Of a stretch of 64,000 nucleotides of DNA, positions 9,494-19,002 are shown one piece after another. The stretch spans positions 4,881-68,880 of the forward strand of contig CANDAG010000018.1 of NCBI GenBank assembly GCA_947382625.1, in the 5' to 3' direction. A program made the position numbers and the translations under genes. This DNA comes from an uncultured Lachnospiraceae bacterium (lineage in GTDB: Bacteria; Bacillota; Clostridia; Lachnospirales; Lachnospiraceae). Under the pieces are notes generated by a model. It did no database searches, was not told where the DNA came from, and worked only from the letters and a program-made list of their open reading frames with translations. Every line of letters starts with the position of its first letter. The first letter of the stretch is position 1.

Positions 9494-10162
9494 TCAATTC
9501 TGGATCAGCATCACATCATGGACATGAGGATTACCCATGAGGTGGGGAACGATATCGGCAGGAAGGGCTCCGTCAGACTCCACAATGGTGTAGGCGGTTT
9601 CCCCTTTGGATTCCCTGAAAATGCGCATAAAGGCAATGTTTACATTACGGTCGCCCAGGCATTTGGTAATGTGGGCAGCCACGCCCGGCTTGTCCTGCTG
9701 GATGATGATAACGGCGTTATATTCTCCCGTGAAGTCTACCTGAACCTGGTTGATCCTGACGATCCTGACCTTCCCGCCGCCGGTGGATTCTCCCCGCACG
9801 GTCATTACCCTGCCGTCCTCATTCTCCATCCGGATATCAACGGTATTGGGATGGACGTCGGTATCCCTGTCATTGGGAATGAAGGCAAAGGAAATTCCCT
9901 GCTCCCTGGCAATGGAGAAGGAGTCCCGGATCCGGATATCGTCTGTGGAAAAGCCCATGATCCCGCCGAGAAGAGCGCGATCCGTCCCGTGGCCCCGGTA
10001 GGTCTTGGCAAAGGAGCCGTAAAGGGTGAAGGTTACATTTTTCAGGGCACCGTTATTCATTTTCTGTGCCAGATAAGCAATGGCGCAGGCTCCGGCAGTA
10101 TGGGAACTCGATGGCCCTACCATGTTAGGACCGATGACGTCGAATACACTGATAAATGACAT
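9494..10162 (-). CDS. sdaAB: L-serine dehydratase beta subunit with ACT domain
   Basis: GPSSSHTAG and LYGSFAKTYRGHGTDRAL; start MSFISVF behind AAGGAG. Confidence 0.95.
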   Translation of the reverse strand: MSFISVFDVIGPNMVGPSSSHTAGACAIAYLAQKMNNGALKNVTFTLYGSFAKTYRGHGTDRALLGGIMGFSTDDIRIRDSFSIAREQGISFAFIPNDRDTDVHPNTVDIRMENEDGRVMTVRGESTGGGKVRIVRINQVQVDFTGEYNAVIIIQQDKPGVAAHITKCLGDRNVNIAFMRIFRESKGETAYTIVESDGALPADIVPHLMGNPHVHDVMLIQN

Positions 10163-10280
10163 GGCTGTACTCCTTTTTCGCAATGGATGTCTGTTATTTC
10201 GTGACAGTGAAGCTGACCGCTTCTCTGTCACTTATTATCTTATCATAGAATAAGGATTTCGTCTCATTTTATGCAGAAAT

Positions 10281-10366
10281 ATACAAAAAGCCGGTGGTGA
10301 TCCCACGAGGGAAAGCTTTATGGAGAAAGCCACAAAATGTTTACCGGCAGTATACCAAAAATAGAA
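10281..10366 (+). pseudogene. Collapsed remnant of the DUF4038 gene at 13287-14849
   Basis: Three ordered blocks match 14291-14308, 14460-14504 and 14816-14846. Confidence 0.85.
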
Positions 10367-10452
10367 AATCTTATAATAAAATAAGGTTTGCTGATAGGAG
10401 AAGCCTTAAATATGGGCGATATATTTTAGTATTCTGACAGGGGGAGAATAGA

Positions 10453-12429
10453 GTGACAAAGTATGATATTTCCGAAAATGAGATCATTATTTCTACAGAA
10501 GTAGAAAATGAGCGATATTTAACGCTCAGTACAATGCCGCTTATCGAACAGGCCGAGCAATATTTTGATAGCTGGTATGCCGAGCAATATGATTGCAACA
10601 GCCTGATCAGAAACAGTGATGAGCTTTGGAACGGGGCAGTTTTTCCTTTTGTTAAAAAAGGAATAGAAATGTTGAATGCACAAGGCGTGTATACGATAGA
10701 TGAACGGATGTTCCTGAGAAAATATATAGGGAATGAATGCAGCGATGTTTTTCTGGACGTTGTAGATGATATCAAGGCCGGAATAAAGGAAATTGATGGT
10801 CAGGCAAATCAGGAATATCAATACAGAGAACTGCGAAAGGCCAGCAGAGGAAGAATGGTAGGGGGCGGATTCGGACTGGGTGGAGCCCTAAAAGGAATGG
10901 CAACTGCCGGAGCCATAAATGCTACTACCGGCGTGGCGCATTCCATTGGCAATGTATTTGGCAATATGAGCACAAGCATTGCAGCAAGCGCTAATAAATC
11001 AACATTGTTTAAGGATGCCAGAGAGCCATTAAAAGAAGCGATTAGTAAGAGTGTGGCTTATGCGGTAGACGGTATTCGGACCGCATTGGAGAAAGAGGCA
11101 GGAATAAAATGCAGATATGCAACAGTTTCGGAATGTAATACCGCAAATGCAATACTCAATAATTATAAACAAAACAGAATCCCGGAAAATCAGAAAAAGG
11201 AACAGCTTATCAAGGCGTTACAATTAAACCTGTATGATCTGGAGACATATTATTTAATCTGGGAAAAATATGGGGATGAAAACGGCGAATTAAGGAAAAT
11301 GTCTTCCTACTTTAATGTGGGACTTGAAGCCTATCTGAAAAGCAAGGCGAAGGAATATGGCGATGATTTATATGAAAAGGTTTGCGGGACATATGAAAAG
11401 GCATGGAATAAAAGAGAAACGGCAATAAGTCTTGAAAAGAAAATAACAGATGCATTGGATAATATGATTCGTTATTGTAATAAATGCGAATTGACGGAAG
11501 AAGTGATTCCGGCTATTGGAAAGTGTAAAAAGATTTTAGCCGATATTGATTTGGATAGAAGGACTGTATGCGGGATTACATATGATACACTTGAACTGGC
11601 AGACAATGTCAGGGAAGATTATAAGAGCTTCTACAAAGCGCTCGGAGGGCAGGATATATTCAGCGACAATGCATATGAGTGTGTAGCGGCGGTCGGTTAT
11701 CATACTGAGGAGTTTTCAGGAAATCTGCCAGCGTTGTTTGAAACGGAACGAAAGCTGCGGATACCGGAAAAAATCTGTGAAAATCTTGCTGATATTATCA
11801 GAAAGAATTTGGATGAAAAATGTTACAGTGAAGGAGTCGATATCCCGGGCTGTTTGGGTTCTTTAGCTGAAAAGGAAAAAATGATTTATACAATAACAGG
11901 GATGCCGGAGGAAGAAGTGATCCTGCTTCTTTTTGACAGATCGTCAAATGGAAAATCAGGCGTACTTATTTCAAATGATAATGTCAGAATCTATTCAAAG
12001 GGGATATTCTCAAACGAAAACCAGGCATATCCGATTGAAGAGATAGAGGGGATCCGGAGCCTGGCGAATGATGAGTTTGCCTTGTCTGTCAGAGGGCAAA
12101 GTCCGATAAAATTCGGCCTTAAACGCAAAAAGCTTGCTGCAGAGGAGCAGATTGGGCTTGCCAGGACGATGTACGAAATGGTAAAGGTTGTAAAAAATTT
12201 ACGTCCGGAAAGCAGAAAGGATTTATACAGGATCCTGAAAGGGGTGATCCGTTGCGAGTGTGGAATGAATTTGCTGCCTGGTGAAAAAATCTGTCCTTCA
12301 TGCAAACGGATGTTGAGGGAGAACGGAACATTCACTGAAACGGAAATCTGTCCTAATTGTAATAGCTGTATACCAGCCGGTAAAAGATTTTGTTCGATGT
12401 GTGGTTTTAATCTCAGGGAGGGAGAATAA
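10453..12429 (+). CDS. Large hypothetical protein with glycine-rich hydrophobic segment and C-terminal double zinc ribbon
   Basis: GGGFGLGGALKGMATAG; CEC..CPSC..CPNC..CSMCG; AT-rich. Confidence 0.75.
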   Translation: MTKYDISENEIIISTEVENERYLTLSTMPLIEQAEQYFDSWYAEQYDCNSLIRNSDELWNGAVFPFVKKGIEMLNAQGVYTIDERMFLRKYIGNECSDVFLDVVDDIKAGIKEIDGQANQEYQYRELRKASRGRMVGGGFGLGGALKGMATAGAINATTGVAHSIGNVFGNMSTSIAASANKSTLFKDAREPLKEAISKSVAYAVDGIRTALEKEAGIKCRYATVSECNTANAILNNYKQNRIPENQKKEQLIKALQLNLYDLETYYLIWEKYGDENGELRKMSSYFNVGLEAYLKSKAKEYGDDLYEKVCGTYEKAWNKRETAISLEKKITDALDNMIRYCNKCELTEEVIPAIGKCKKILADIDLDRRTVCGITYDTLELADNVREDYKSFYKALGGQDIFSDNAYECVAAVGYHTEEFSGNLPALFETERKLRIPEKICENLADIIRKNLDEKCYSEGVDIPGCLGSLAEKEKMIYTITGMPEEEVILLLFDRSSNGKSGVLISNDNVRIYSKGIFSNENQAYPIEEIEGIRSLANDEFALSVRGQSPIKFGLKRKKLAAEEQIGLARTMYEMVKVVKNLRPESRKDLYRILKGVIRCECGMNLLPGEKICPSCKRMLRENGTFTETEICPNCNSCIPAGKRFCSMCGFNLREGE

Positions 12430-12433
12430 ATAT

Positions 12434-12802
12434 ATGAGTAAAATATGTGTTAACTGTGGAACGGAATTAGAGGAAAGTGCTGTTTTTTGTGAGGAATGCG
12501 GAACAAAACAGCCAGATTTACAGCCGCAGCAACAAGAGATACCTTCACCGGTGCAAAAGTCGGTGAGCGTAAATCAACAGGCTCCGGATGGTGCAAAAAA
12601 ACCAAAGATGGGATTGGTATCTTTTATATTAGGGCTTATTGCTATATGTACATATGGAATTCTGTTTGTTCCGGAGCTCTTAGGACTTGTTTTTGGTATT
12701 ATAGCTATCAAGGAAAATAAGAGAAAAGAGTGGGCGATTGCAGGCCTGGTTATGAGTATAGTTTCCATGTTCTGGCTGGTCGTATTGCTATCGTTGGTAT
12801 AA
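12434..12802 (+). CDS. Zinc-ribbon membrane protein (DUF4190-like)
   Basis: CVNCG..FCEECG followed by hydrophobic helices (GLVFGIIA, AIAGLVMS). Confidence 0.8.
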   Translation: MSKICVNCGTELEESAVFCEECGTKQPDLQPQQQEIPSPVQKSVSVNQQAPDGAKKPKMGLVSFILGLIAICTYGILFVPELLGLVFGIIAIKENKRKEWAIAGLVMSIVSMFWLVVLLSLV

Positions 12803-12820
12803 ACGATAACGTTTGTTATA

Positions 12821-12868
12821 AAAAGTGTAAAGCCTCCTGATCATTTGATTCGGGGGCTTTACACTTTT
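12821..12868. terminator. Long, probably bidirectional terminator hairpin
   Basis: AAAAGTGTAAAGCCTCC...GGGGGCTTTACACTTTT between convergent genes. Confidence 0.75.
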
Positions 12869-12870
12869 AT

Positions 12871-12906
12871 TCAATAAGCTGGCTCGCGAAGCGTGACAGT
12901 GTTTGA
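12871..12906 (+). repeat. 36-bp hairpin element, type B
   Basis: TCAA TAA GCTGGC T CGC GAA GCG T GACAGT GT TTGA. Confidence 0.9.
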
Positions 12907-12909
12907 TAA

Positions 12910-13086
12910 TTACATTTCATATTCTTCAGATGGAATGCCTAAAGAAGATAATTTATTTTTGTATATTTTCAGCTGGTATTCTAATTCAGGATTGTTGCCG
13001 GTATCGGCTTTCTTTATACGTTGCAGGTTTACATAATAATCAATGGTTACTTGTTTTAACTCATCAAGTGTCATGTCTTCTACCAT
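12910..13086 (-). CDS. Small hypothetical protein (58 aa)
   Basis: AAAGGCGGTG RBS; YVNLQRIK...ELEYQLK...KLSSLGI. Confidence 0.7.
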   Translation of the reverse strand: MVEDMTLDELKQVTIDYYVNLQRIKKADTGNNPELEYQLKIYKNKLSSLGIPSEEYEM

Positions 13087-13286
13087 CCGTTCACCGCCTT
13101 TTTGTTTGATAGTATTTATTGATACGATTTTATTATAGTGGATCATATAAAAGATGTAAAGAAATTATCTTTTGTAATGACTTCTTCTTGCTTCACACTG
13201 ACAGACCAGAGTATATTATACACAGAACATAAGAACCATGCTTCCGGATCACATCCGGAATGACAATAGAAAGGAGACAATATAAA

Positions 13287-14849
13287 ATGAAAAAATTACA
13301 GTATCCGGACACCGTGAAAAGATGGGGGATGTTTGAGCTTGCAATTGAGGGGCCGCGGGAAGGAAATCCCTTTACAGACCAACATGTAAGCGCAGTTTTC
13401 CGGGGGGAGCAGGAAACCGTTACCTGCGAAGGCTTTTATGACGGGGAGGGAATCTACCGGGTGAGATTTATGCCTTCCTTTGAGGGGGAATATTCTTTTA
13501 CGGTGAAAACCTCCTTCGGAGAAGAGGGGACAGGAGCCTTTCGGGCAGAGGCGCAGGAGGAGGGCAGCCACGGGCCTGTGAGGGTGTCGGATACCTGGCA
13601 TTTTGCCTATGAGGACGGCACACCCTATTATTCCATCGGTACCACCTGCTACGTGTGGCAGCTTCAGTCAAAGGAAAGGAGACGGCAGACTCTAGAAACT
13701 CTGGCGCAGAGCGCATTTAATAAGATCAGATTCTGTATTTTCCCCAAACATTACGACTACAACCTGGGAGAACCGGAGTGCTATCCTTATGAGGGGACGC
13801 CGGTGGATTCCAGTAACCTGAACAGTGAGAATTTCTGGGATTACACCGGAAAGAAAGAAGGAAATCACTGGGACTTTACAAGATTCCATGTGGAATATTT
13901 TCAGCATATCGATGAGTGTATCAGACAGCTGGAAAAGCTGGGCATTCAGGCGGATCTGATCCTTATGCATCCTTATGACCGATGGGGATTTTCTGATATG
14001 GGAGAAGAGGCGGATGATCTGTATTATCGGTATGTGGCCGCCAGGTTCAGTGCGTTTTCCAATGTGTGGTGGTCCCTGGCAAATGAGTATGACCTGATGC
14101 CTCAAAAAACGCTGAAGGACTGGGAGCGGTATGCGTCCATTCTGGGTGAAAAGGATCCTTACCATCATCTCAGGTCTATTCACAATTGCTTTCATTTTTA
14201 TGACTTTTCGCGCCCATGGATCACCCATTGCAGCGTCCAGAGGACAGATCTTTATAAAAGCGCGGAAATTGTAAGCGATCTGCGGCAAAGATACAAAAAG
14301 CCGGTGGTAATGGATGAGATGGGCTATGAAGGGGATATCCAGCACGGATGGGGGAACCTGACAGGAGAGGAAATGGTCCGCAGATTCTGGGAGGCCGCTT
14401 TAAGAGGCGGCTATCCGGGACATGGGGAAACCTATTTGAATAAAGAGAGCCTATGGTGGTCCCACGGAGGAAAGCTTTATGGAGAAAGCCACAAAAGGTT
14501 TGCCTTCTTATTGCAGATTCTTGAACAGACGCCGGGGGCCGGATTGAAGCTCTGGGAAAAATGCGGCTGGGATGAGGTGTGTGCAGTCCCTCAAAAGAGT
14601 CTGAACCAGGGCGGAGCCGGGGAGGATTACTATTTGTTTTATTACAGCTTCATGCGTCCCTCTTTTCGGGAATTTCATTTTGATGAGGCGGGCAAGTGGC
14701 AGGTAAAGGTGATCGACACCTGGAATATGACGGTGGAGGACAGAGGGATCTGTCAGGGGAAGTTTAAGGTGGAGCTTCCGGCAAGGCAGTATATGGCGAT
14801 ACAGATCCGGCGCTTAATGTATACTGGCAGTATACCAAAAACAGAATAA
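13287..14849 (+). CDS. DUF5060/DUF4038/DUF5605 putative glycoside hydrolase
   Basis: GNPF..GFYDG N-terminal domain; WWSLANEYD and KPVVMDEMGYEG catalytic-like motifs. Confidence 0.85.
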   Translation: MKKLQYPDTVKRWGMFELAIEGPREGNPFTDQHVSAVFRGEQETVTCEGFYDGEGIYRVRFMPSFEGEYSFTVKTSFGEEGTGAFRAEAQEEGSHGPVRVSDTWHFAYEDGTPYYSIGTTCYVWQLQSKERRRQTLETLAQSAFNKIRFCIFPKHYDYNLGEPECYPYEGTPVDSSNLNSENFWDYTGKKEGNHWDFTRFHVEYFQHIDECIRQLEKLGIQADLILMHPYDRWGFSDMGEEADDLYYRYVAARFSAFSNVWWSLANEYDLMPQKTLKDWERYASILGEKDPYHHLRSIHNCFHFYDFSRPWITHCSVQRTDLYKSAEIVSDLRQRYKKPVVMDEMGYEGDIQHGWGNLTGEEMVRRFWEAALRGGYPGHGETYLNKESLWWSHGGKLYGESHKRFAFLLQILEQTPGAGLKLWEKCGWDEVCAVPQKSLNQGGAGEDYYLFYYSFMRPSFREFHFDEAGKWQVKVIDTWNMTVEDRGICQGKFKVELPARQYMAIQIRRLMYTGSIPKTE

Positions 14850-14901
14850 TTTGTCATAAAATGGTATAAATTGAACAATAAAAAGAAGGGAGATACTGAA
14901 A

Positions 14902-15648
14902 ATGATCTATGTATTGTCAGATGTTCATGGAAATAAAGAGCATTTTGACAGGATCCTTAAGAAGATCAACCTGCAGGCGGAAGACTCCCTGTATATTCTT
15001 GGGGATATTGTAGACCGTTATCCCTATGGTATCGAGCTTTTGCAGCGTGTGATGAAGATGCCGAATGTACACATGCTGCTGGGAAATCATGAGTGGATGA
15101 TGATGAAGGCTCTTGATATCAGCTATTCGGGAACGGCAGATACAGGCGGCAGCGTCAGGGAATTTCCAAAGGATGAAACCCGGAAGAAAAATCCTTTTGA
15201 TCTCTGGTACTGGAATGACGGACAAGTGACACATGAAGCCTGGAGCAGGCTTACCCGGGAAGAACAAAAGGAGCTGGCAGATTTCCTTTCGGGCCTTCCG
15301 TTAAGCTATGAGCTTACGGTGAACAAAAAGAAATATAAACTGGTGCACGCGGCCCCTGTGGAGTGGTATCACAGACTTCTGATGCCCAACTATGACAGTG
15401 CAGTGGATTTTGCCGTGTGGGACAGAGAAATGTACAGACTCAAGTCTACACTGGGATATACGCTTATCCTCGGCCATACGCCTACCCTTCATATGCAGGA
15501 CAATAACCCTCTGGAGATCTGGACTCACAGAAATATGATCGGGATCGACTGTGGCTGCGGGTTTCCGGAAATGTCTGCAAAATTCCCTATAGAAGGCCGG
15601 CTTGCCTGCCTGCGGCTGGACGATGGCCGGGTATTTTATTCCAACTAA
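14902..15648 (+). CDS. Calcineurin-like metallophosphoesterase (Ser/Thr phosphatase family)
   Basis: SDVHG, GDIVDR, GNHE, GHT and IDCG motifs. Confidence 0.9.
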   Translation: MIYVLSDVHGNKEHFDRILKKINLQAEDSLYILGDIVDRYPYGIELLQRVMKMPNVHMLLGNHEWMMMKALDISYSGTADTGGSVREFPKDETRKKNPFDLWYWNDGQVTHEAWSRLTREEQKELADFLSGLPLSYELTVNKKKYKLVHAAPVEWYHRLLMPNYDSAVDFAVWDREMYRLKSTLGYTLILGHTPTLHMQDNNPLEIWTHRNMIGIDCGCGFPEMSAKFPIEGRLACLRLDDGRVFYSN

Positions 15649-15662
15649 AAGGAGAAACTCTT

Positions 15663-17648
15663 ATGGTTACAACAATTGCTTCCAAAATGCTCCTGAAGTA
15701 TGCAAAGAGGATCGGTATCCCTCTGGTATCCAAAAAAGCAACAGAATACCTGTTTGATAAGGTGAATAAAAAGCTGGAAGAAGAAAAATCTGACAGAAAG
15801 GCTTTCCGGGAAGAGCTGAGCCGTATGTCGGAGGAAGAACTGAAGGTTTATGTTCCTGATGTTTACCAGGAGGATATCTACAGCATTGACTACGAAAGAT
15901 TGAAAGCACAAGGAATCAAGCTGATTTCCTTTGACATTGACGATACCATCGATGACAGCTTTCTTAACAAAGTGCAGGATTATGTGCCTGTTTTTCAGAT
16001 TACCATGCCTGATAAGGCGAGAGTTCTGTTTGAAGAGCTGCATGCTATGGGATTTAAAGTCACCCTGCTGACCAACGCCAGAGCCGAGCTGGCAGAGGCA
16101 ACCTGTAAGCTGCTGGGGGCGGACGGCTATTTTGCAAGGGCAGATAAACCGGAGCCGACGGGCTTCCAGAAAATGTCAGAGGATTGTAAAGTAAATCCTT
16201 CTCAAATGGCCCATGTGGGCAACAGCATGCGTGACGATGTGGTAGGCGGTAATGGATTCGGGGTTACTACCTGTCTGATCCGGCGGGCAGGCTATTCCCT
16301 GAAGCTGGTGAAATTTGCCATGAAAATGATGGGACTTCCCACGAAGGGGCATCTGATCAGGGAACGCCTGTTGGAATGCGGGATGTGGAGAAAGCATCAT
16401 AAATATTGTCAGGGAGATCAGTATTATCAATTAGGTGAGAAGCCTGCCTACCTTGAAAGAGGAGAAATTGCAGTGGTTTGTGACGGAAAGGCTCCCCGTG
16501 TCGCCGCACAAAATACGGTCAGTTACCTGAAGGTGATGGGATGGCGTATACTTCTTATGGATGCGGATGAATATCAGGCAAGATTAAAAGCTGGCGATGG
16601 TATAGAATTCGCAAAAGTGATCATTATAGGACATCATGACCTTGCCAAGGAACAGTTGAAAAAGACCGGGATCCTGTATAATAACTATGGCATGATGTTT
16701 GGGATCCGGGATGATGTATGTGTGCTTCGGGCCAGTGATTCTGTCCTCAAAAAAGAAAAGAAGGGAAACAGGAAGTTTGGGGATTATTATGATCACAGAA
16801 TTTTGGATTATAAAGAAATTGCCTGTGAATATGGAATACCTGAAAGCTTTGGAGAGCGCAGCGAACTACGCAAATCCCAGTATGATCTTCTCTGGCTTGA
16901 ATTCCTAAGATATGGTTTGCCTGAATTTCTGGAAGAAGGAGGTGAAGGCGGAGAAAACGACGTGGCGTATGAGGCGGCAAAGGATCTCATCGAAAAGATA
17001 AATGCGGATGAGACAGCTTATAGCGTGGGAGAGCTTCTGCAAAACGGCTACGAGCAGCAGGTAAACGCGAGAGTGGAGACGTTGCGCGCGCATCTCGGGG
17101 AAGATATCGTGATCACGGGAACCTGGGATGAGATCGAGGATATGCATGAGCTTGACGAAAGCCAGTTGCAGGAAGGAGAGATATCCGTAACTGTTTTTAA
17201 CGTAGGATGCTATACGGTGCGTGAAGCAGTGTGCCTGTATAAAGATGATGATAAGGTTTCTTATACAGAGAGAGTACCGGTCACAAAACAGGATATTGCG
17301 TCATACAGAGAAGAGATGTCCGGCGGAGAAATAGGAGGATGCCGCAAGGTCAGTGATATTTCCGCAAGGCATAACGGGGGAAGCACTGCTTCTGCCTGTA
17401 GCGGGCAATATCAGGGTCTTGTGATCACCACCATGGACTGGTCTGAGAGTGTGGATTATATCTGCACGGTAAAGCGTAATGCATCGGCGCCTGACGAGGA
17501 GGCAGCTCTGTTTGTTCTCAGACGCTGCACAGGGAATGCCTTCAGTGTTGAGCACTGGTACAGGCTTAGCCCGGACGGGAAAGCTGAGGAATATGTGATA
17601 CACCCTTATGATGAAGATTCTTTTAAGGAACCATGGGAGCTTGCTTAG
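15663..17648 (+). CDS. YqeG-like HAD phosphatase fused to uncharacterised C-terminal domains
   Basis: FDIDDT, LLTN, KP and HVGNSMRDDV motifs in the first ~210 aa. Confidence 0.75.
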   Translation: MVTTIASKMLLKYAKRIGIPLVSKKATEYLFDKVNKKLEEEKSDRKAFREELSRMSEEELKVYVPDVYQEDIYSIDYERLKAQGIKLISFDIDDTIDDSFLNKVQDYVPVFQITMPDKARVLFEELHAMGFKVTLLTNARAELAEATCKLLGADGYFARADKPEPTGFQKMSEDCKVNPSQMAHVGNSMRDDVVGGNGFGVTTCLIRRAGYSLKLVKFAMKMMGLPTKGHLIRERLLECGMWRKHHKYCQGDQYYQLGEKPAYLERGEIAVVCDGKAPRVAAQNTVSYLKVMGWRILLMDADEYQARLKAGDGIEFAKVIIIGHHDLAKEQLKKTGILYNNYGMMFGIRDDVCVLRASDSVLKKEKKGNRKFGDYYDHRILDYKEIACEYGIPESFGERSELRKSQYDLLWLEFLRYGLPEFLEEGGEGGENDVAYEAAKDLIEKINADETAYSVGELLQNGYEQQVNARVETLRAHLGEDIVITGTWDEIEDMHELDESQLQEGEISVTVFNVGCYTVREAVCLYKDDDKVSYTERVPVTKQDIASYREEMSGGEIGGCRKVSDISARHNGGSTASACSGQYQGLVITTMDWSESVDYICTVKRNASAPDEEAALFVLRRCTGNAFSVEHWYRLSPDGKAEEYVIHPYDEDSFKEPWELA

Positions 17649-17668
17649 CTCCGGAAAGGAAAAAGGAA

Positions 17669-17881
17669 ATGGATGAAATGAAGCTTAAAAGCAGTTGGGT
17701 AAGAGGCATAGTAGGAAGAATAGCCGGCAAGCAATTAGGAAAAAAGCTTGGATATGATATTGAATTGATTGTCAATGAGGCCGAGGCGCTGATCGGTGAT
17801 GAGGAGGCAACCGTTCATCTGAATTTGGATGCAAAAATGAGTAAGGCAGAGCTTGAAAAGCTTATAAAGAACTTAGTTTAA
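17669..17881 (+). CDS. Small hypothetical protein (70 aa)
   Basis: RBS-like GAAAGGA; third gene of an apparent operon, followed by a terminator. Confidence 0.7.
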   Translation: MDEMKLKSSWVRGIVGRIAGKQLGKKLGYDIELIVNEAEALIGDEEATVHLNLDAKMSKAELEKLIKNLV

Positions 17882-17886
17882 ATGAG

Positions 17887-17915
17887 AGCCGGTCATCTGA
17901 GGATGGCCGGTTTTT
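17887..17915 (+). terminator. Intrinsic terminator
   Basis: AGCCGGTCATC-TGAG-GATGGCCGG followed by a T-run. Confidence 0.8.
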
Positions 17916-17918
17916 ATT

Positions 17919-17991
17919 AACATAAGGATGGCTGGCGAAGCCTGACATCCGTTGTTTAATAAGCTGTCTCGCGAAGCGTGGCAACGTTTGA
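17919..17991 (+). repeat. Composite A+B hairpin element
   Basis: AACA TAA GGATGGC T GGC GAA GCC T GACATCC GT TGTT directly followed by TAA TAA GCTGTC T CGC GAA GCG T GGCAAC GT TTGA. Confidence 0.9.
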
Positions 17992-18230
17992 TGATATATA
18001 AATTAAGGCTGGTTTCTGATGCGGTAAGCTGCAGCGGAAATGTGCTGAAGTTTTTCATCCCGCCGACTATGGGTAATATGACTGTCTTGAATTTACCTGA
18101 ATGGATATCGCTGATAAAGGATACTATTATTAATTTCAAGTACCAGCTCAGGGATCGGGATGTAGAAAAAGTTTTGGCAAACCGCGATATTATATGTGAT
18201 AATTGGTATGAATTGCTTGGAGAGAGATAA

Positions 18231-18262
18231 GTCACTAACCTGTAACATTTTTGTGGTATAAT
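18231..18262 (+). promoter_or_regulatory. Response-regulator box plus extended -10
   Basis: GTCACT-aac-CTGTAAC then TGgTATAAT; same motif and spacing at 20238. Confidence 0.75.
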
Positions 18263-18330
18263 ATAGATAAAAAGCACGCTGATGCGTGTTTTGATATCAT
18301 AAGAGCAAATATTATAAGGCGGTTACTGGT

Positions 18331-19002
18331 ATGGTTGAACTATTTTATGCTGAGGATGACCCTGATATTGCGGGCGCTGTGAAGGAATATCTGGAACAGA
18401 GAAATTTTAAGGTAGTGATATACCGCAGGATTACAGAGGTCAGGCAGGCACTGGAAAAACATGTGCCCGCTATTGTTTTGCTGGACTGGAATATGCCCGA
18501 TGGTTCTGGAGAGAGTCTTTGCAGGTGGATCCGCAACAGATGGAAGGAGCTGCCGGTTATTTTTCTTACGGTCCGGGGGGATTCCCCTGATATTGTTTCG
18601 GGTTTTCAAAATGGTGCGGACGATTATGTGGTAAAGCCTTTTGAGTTAAGTGTGCTGTATGCGAGGATCCAGGCGGTGCTCCGAAGAACGGGAAATGCAG
18701 CAAAAAAGTATCTGTCCTGTGACGGGATCCAGGTTGATGTAAGCCGCAGGGAAGTTTCCTGCGGGGCAGAAGAAATAGATTTAAGCGTATCAGAGTATGA
18801 GCTGCTTTTATACCTCCTGCAGAATAAAGGGAAGACGGTTACCAGAGAAAAAATCCTGGAACAGGTATGGGATGTAAACGGCAATTATGTAAATAACAAT
18901 ACTCTGACAGTTACTGTGAAGCGATTGCGGGACAAACTACACCAGCCCTCCTGCCTGAGGACGATCAGAAGTGTGGGATACCGTATGGAGGATACCATAT
19001 GA
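18331..19002 (+). CDS. OmpR-family response regulator
   Basis: AEDD, LLDWNMPDG, GADDYVVKPF and winged-helix C-terminus. Confidence 0.95.
   Translation: MVELFYAEDDPDIAGAVKEYLEQRNFKVVIYRRITEVRQALEKHVPAIVLLDWNMPDGSGESLCRWIRNRWKELPVIFLTVRGDSPDIVSGFQNGADDYVVKPFELSVLYARIQAVLRRTGNAAKKYLSCDGIQVDVSRREVSCGAEEIDLSVSEYELLLYLLQNKGKTVTREKILEQVWDVNGNYVNNNTLTVTVKRLRDKLHQPSCLRTIRSVGYRMEDTI

Noticed and set aside
10201-10231. Hairpin upstream of sdaAB as a riboswitch or T-box
   Set aside because: Single stem, with no T-box or aptamer consensus recognisable.
17952-18230. 92-aa ORF
   Set aside because: Starts inside the repeat with no RBS; at most the 3' part is a gene fragment.
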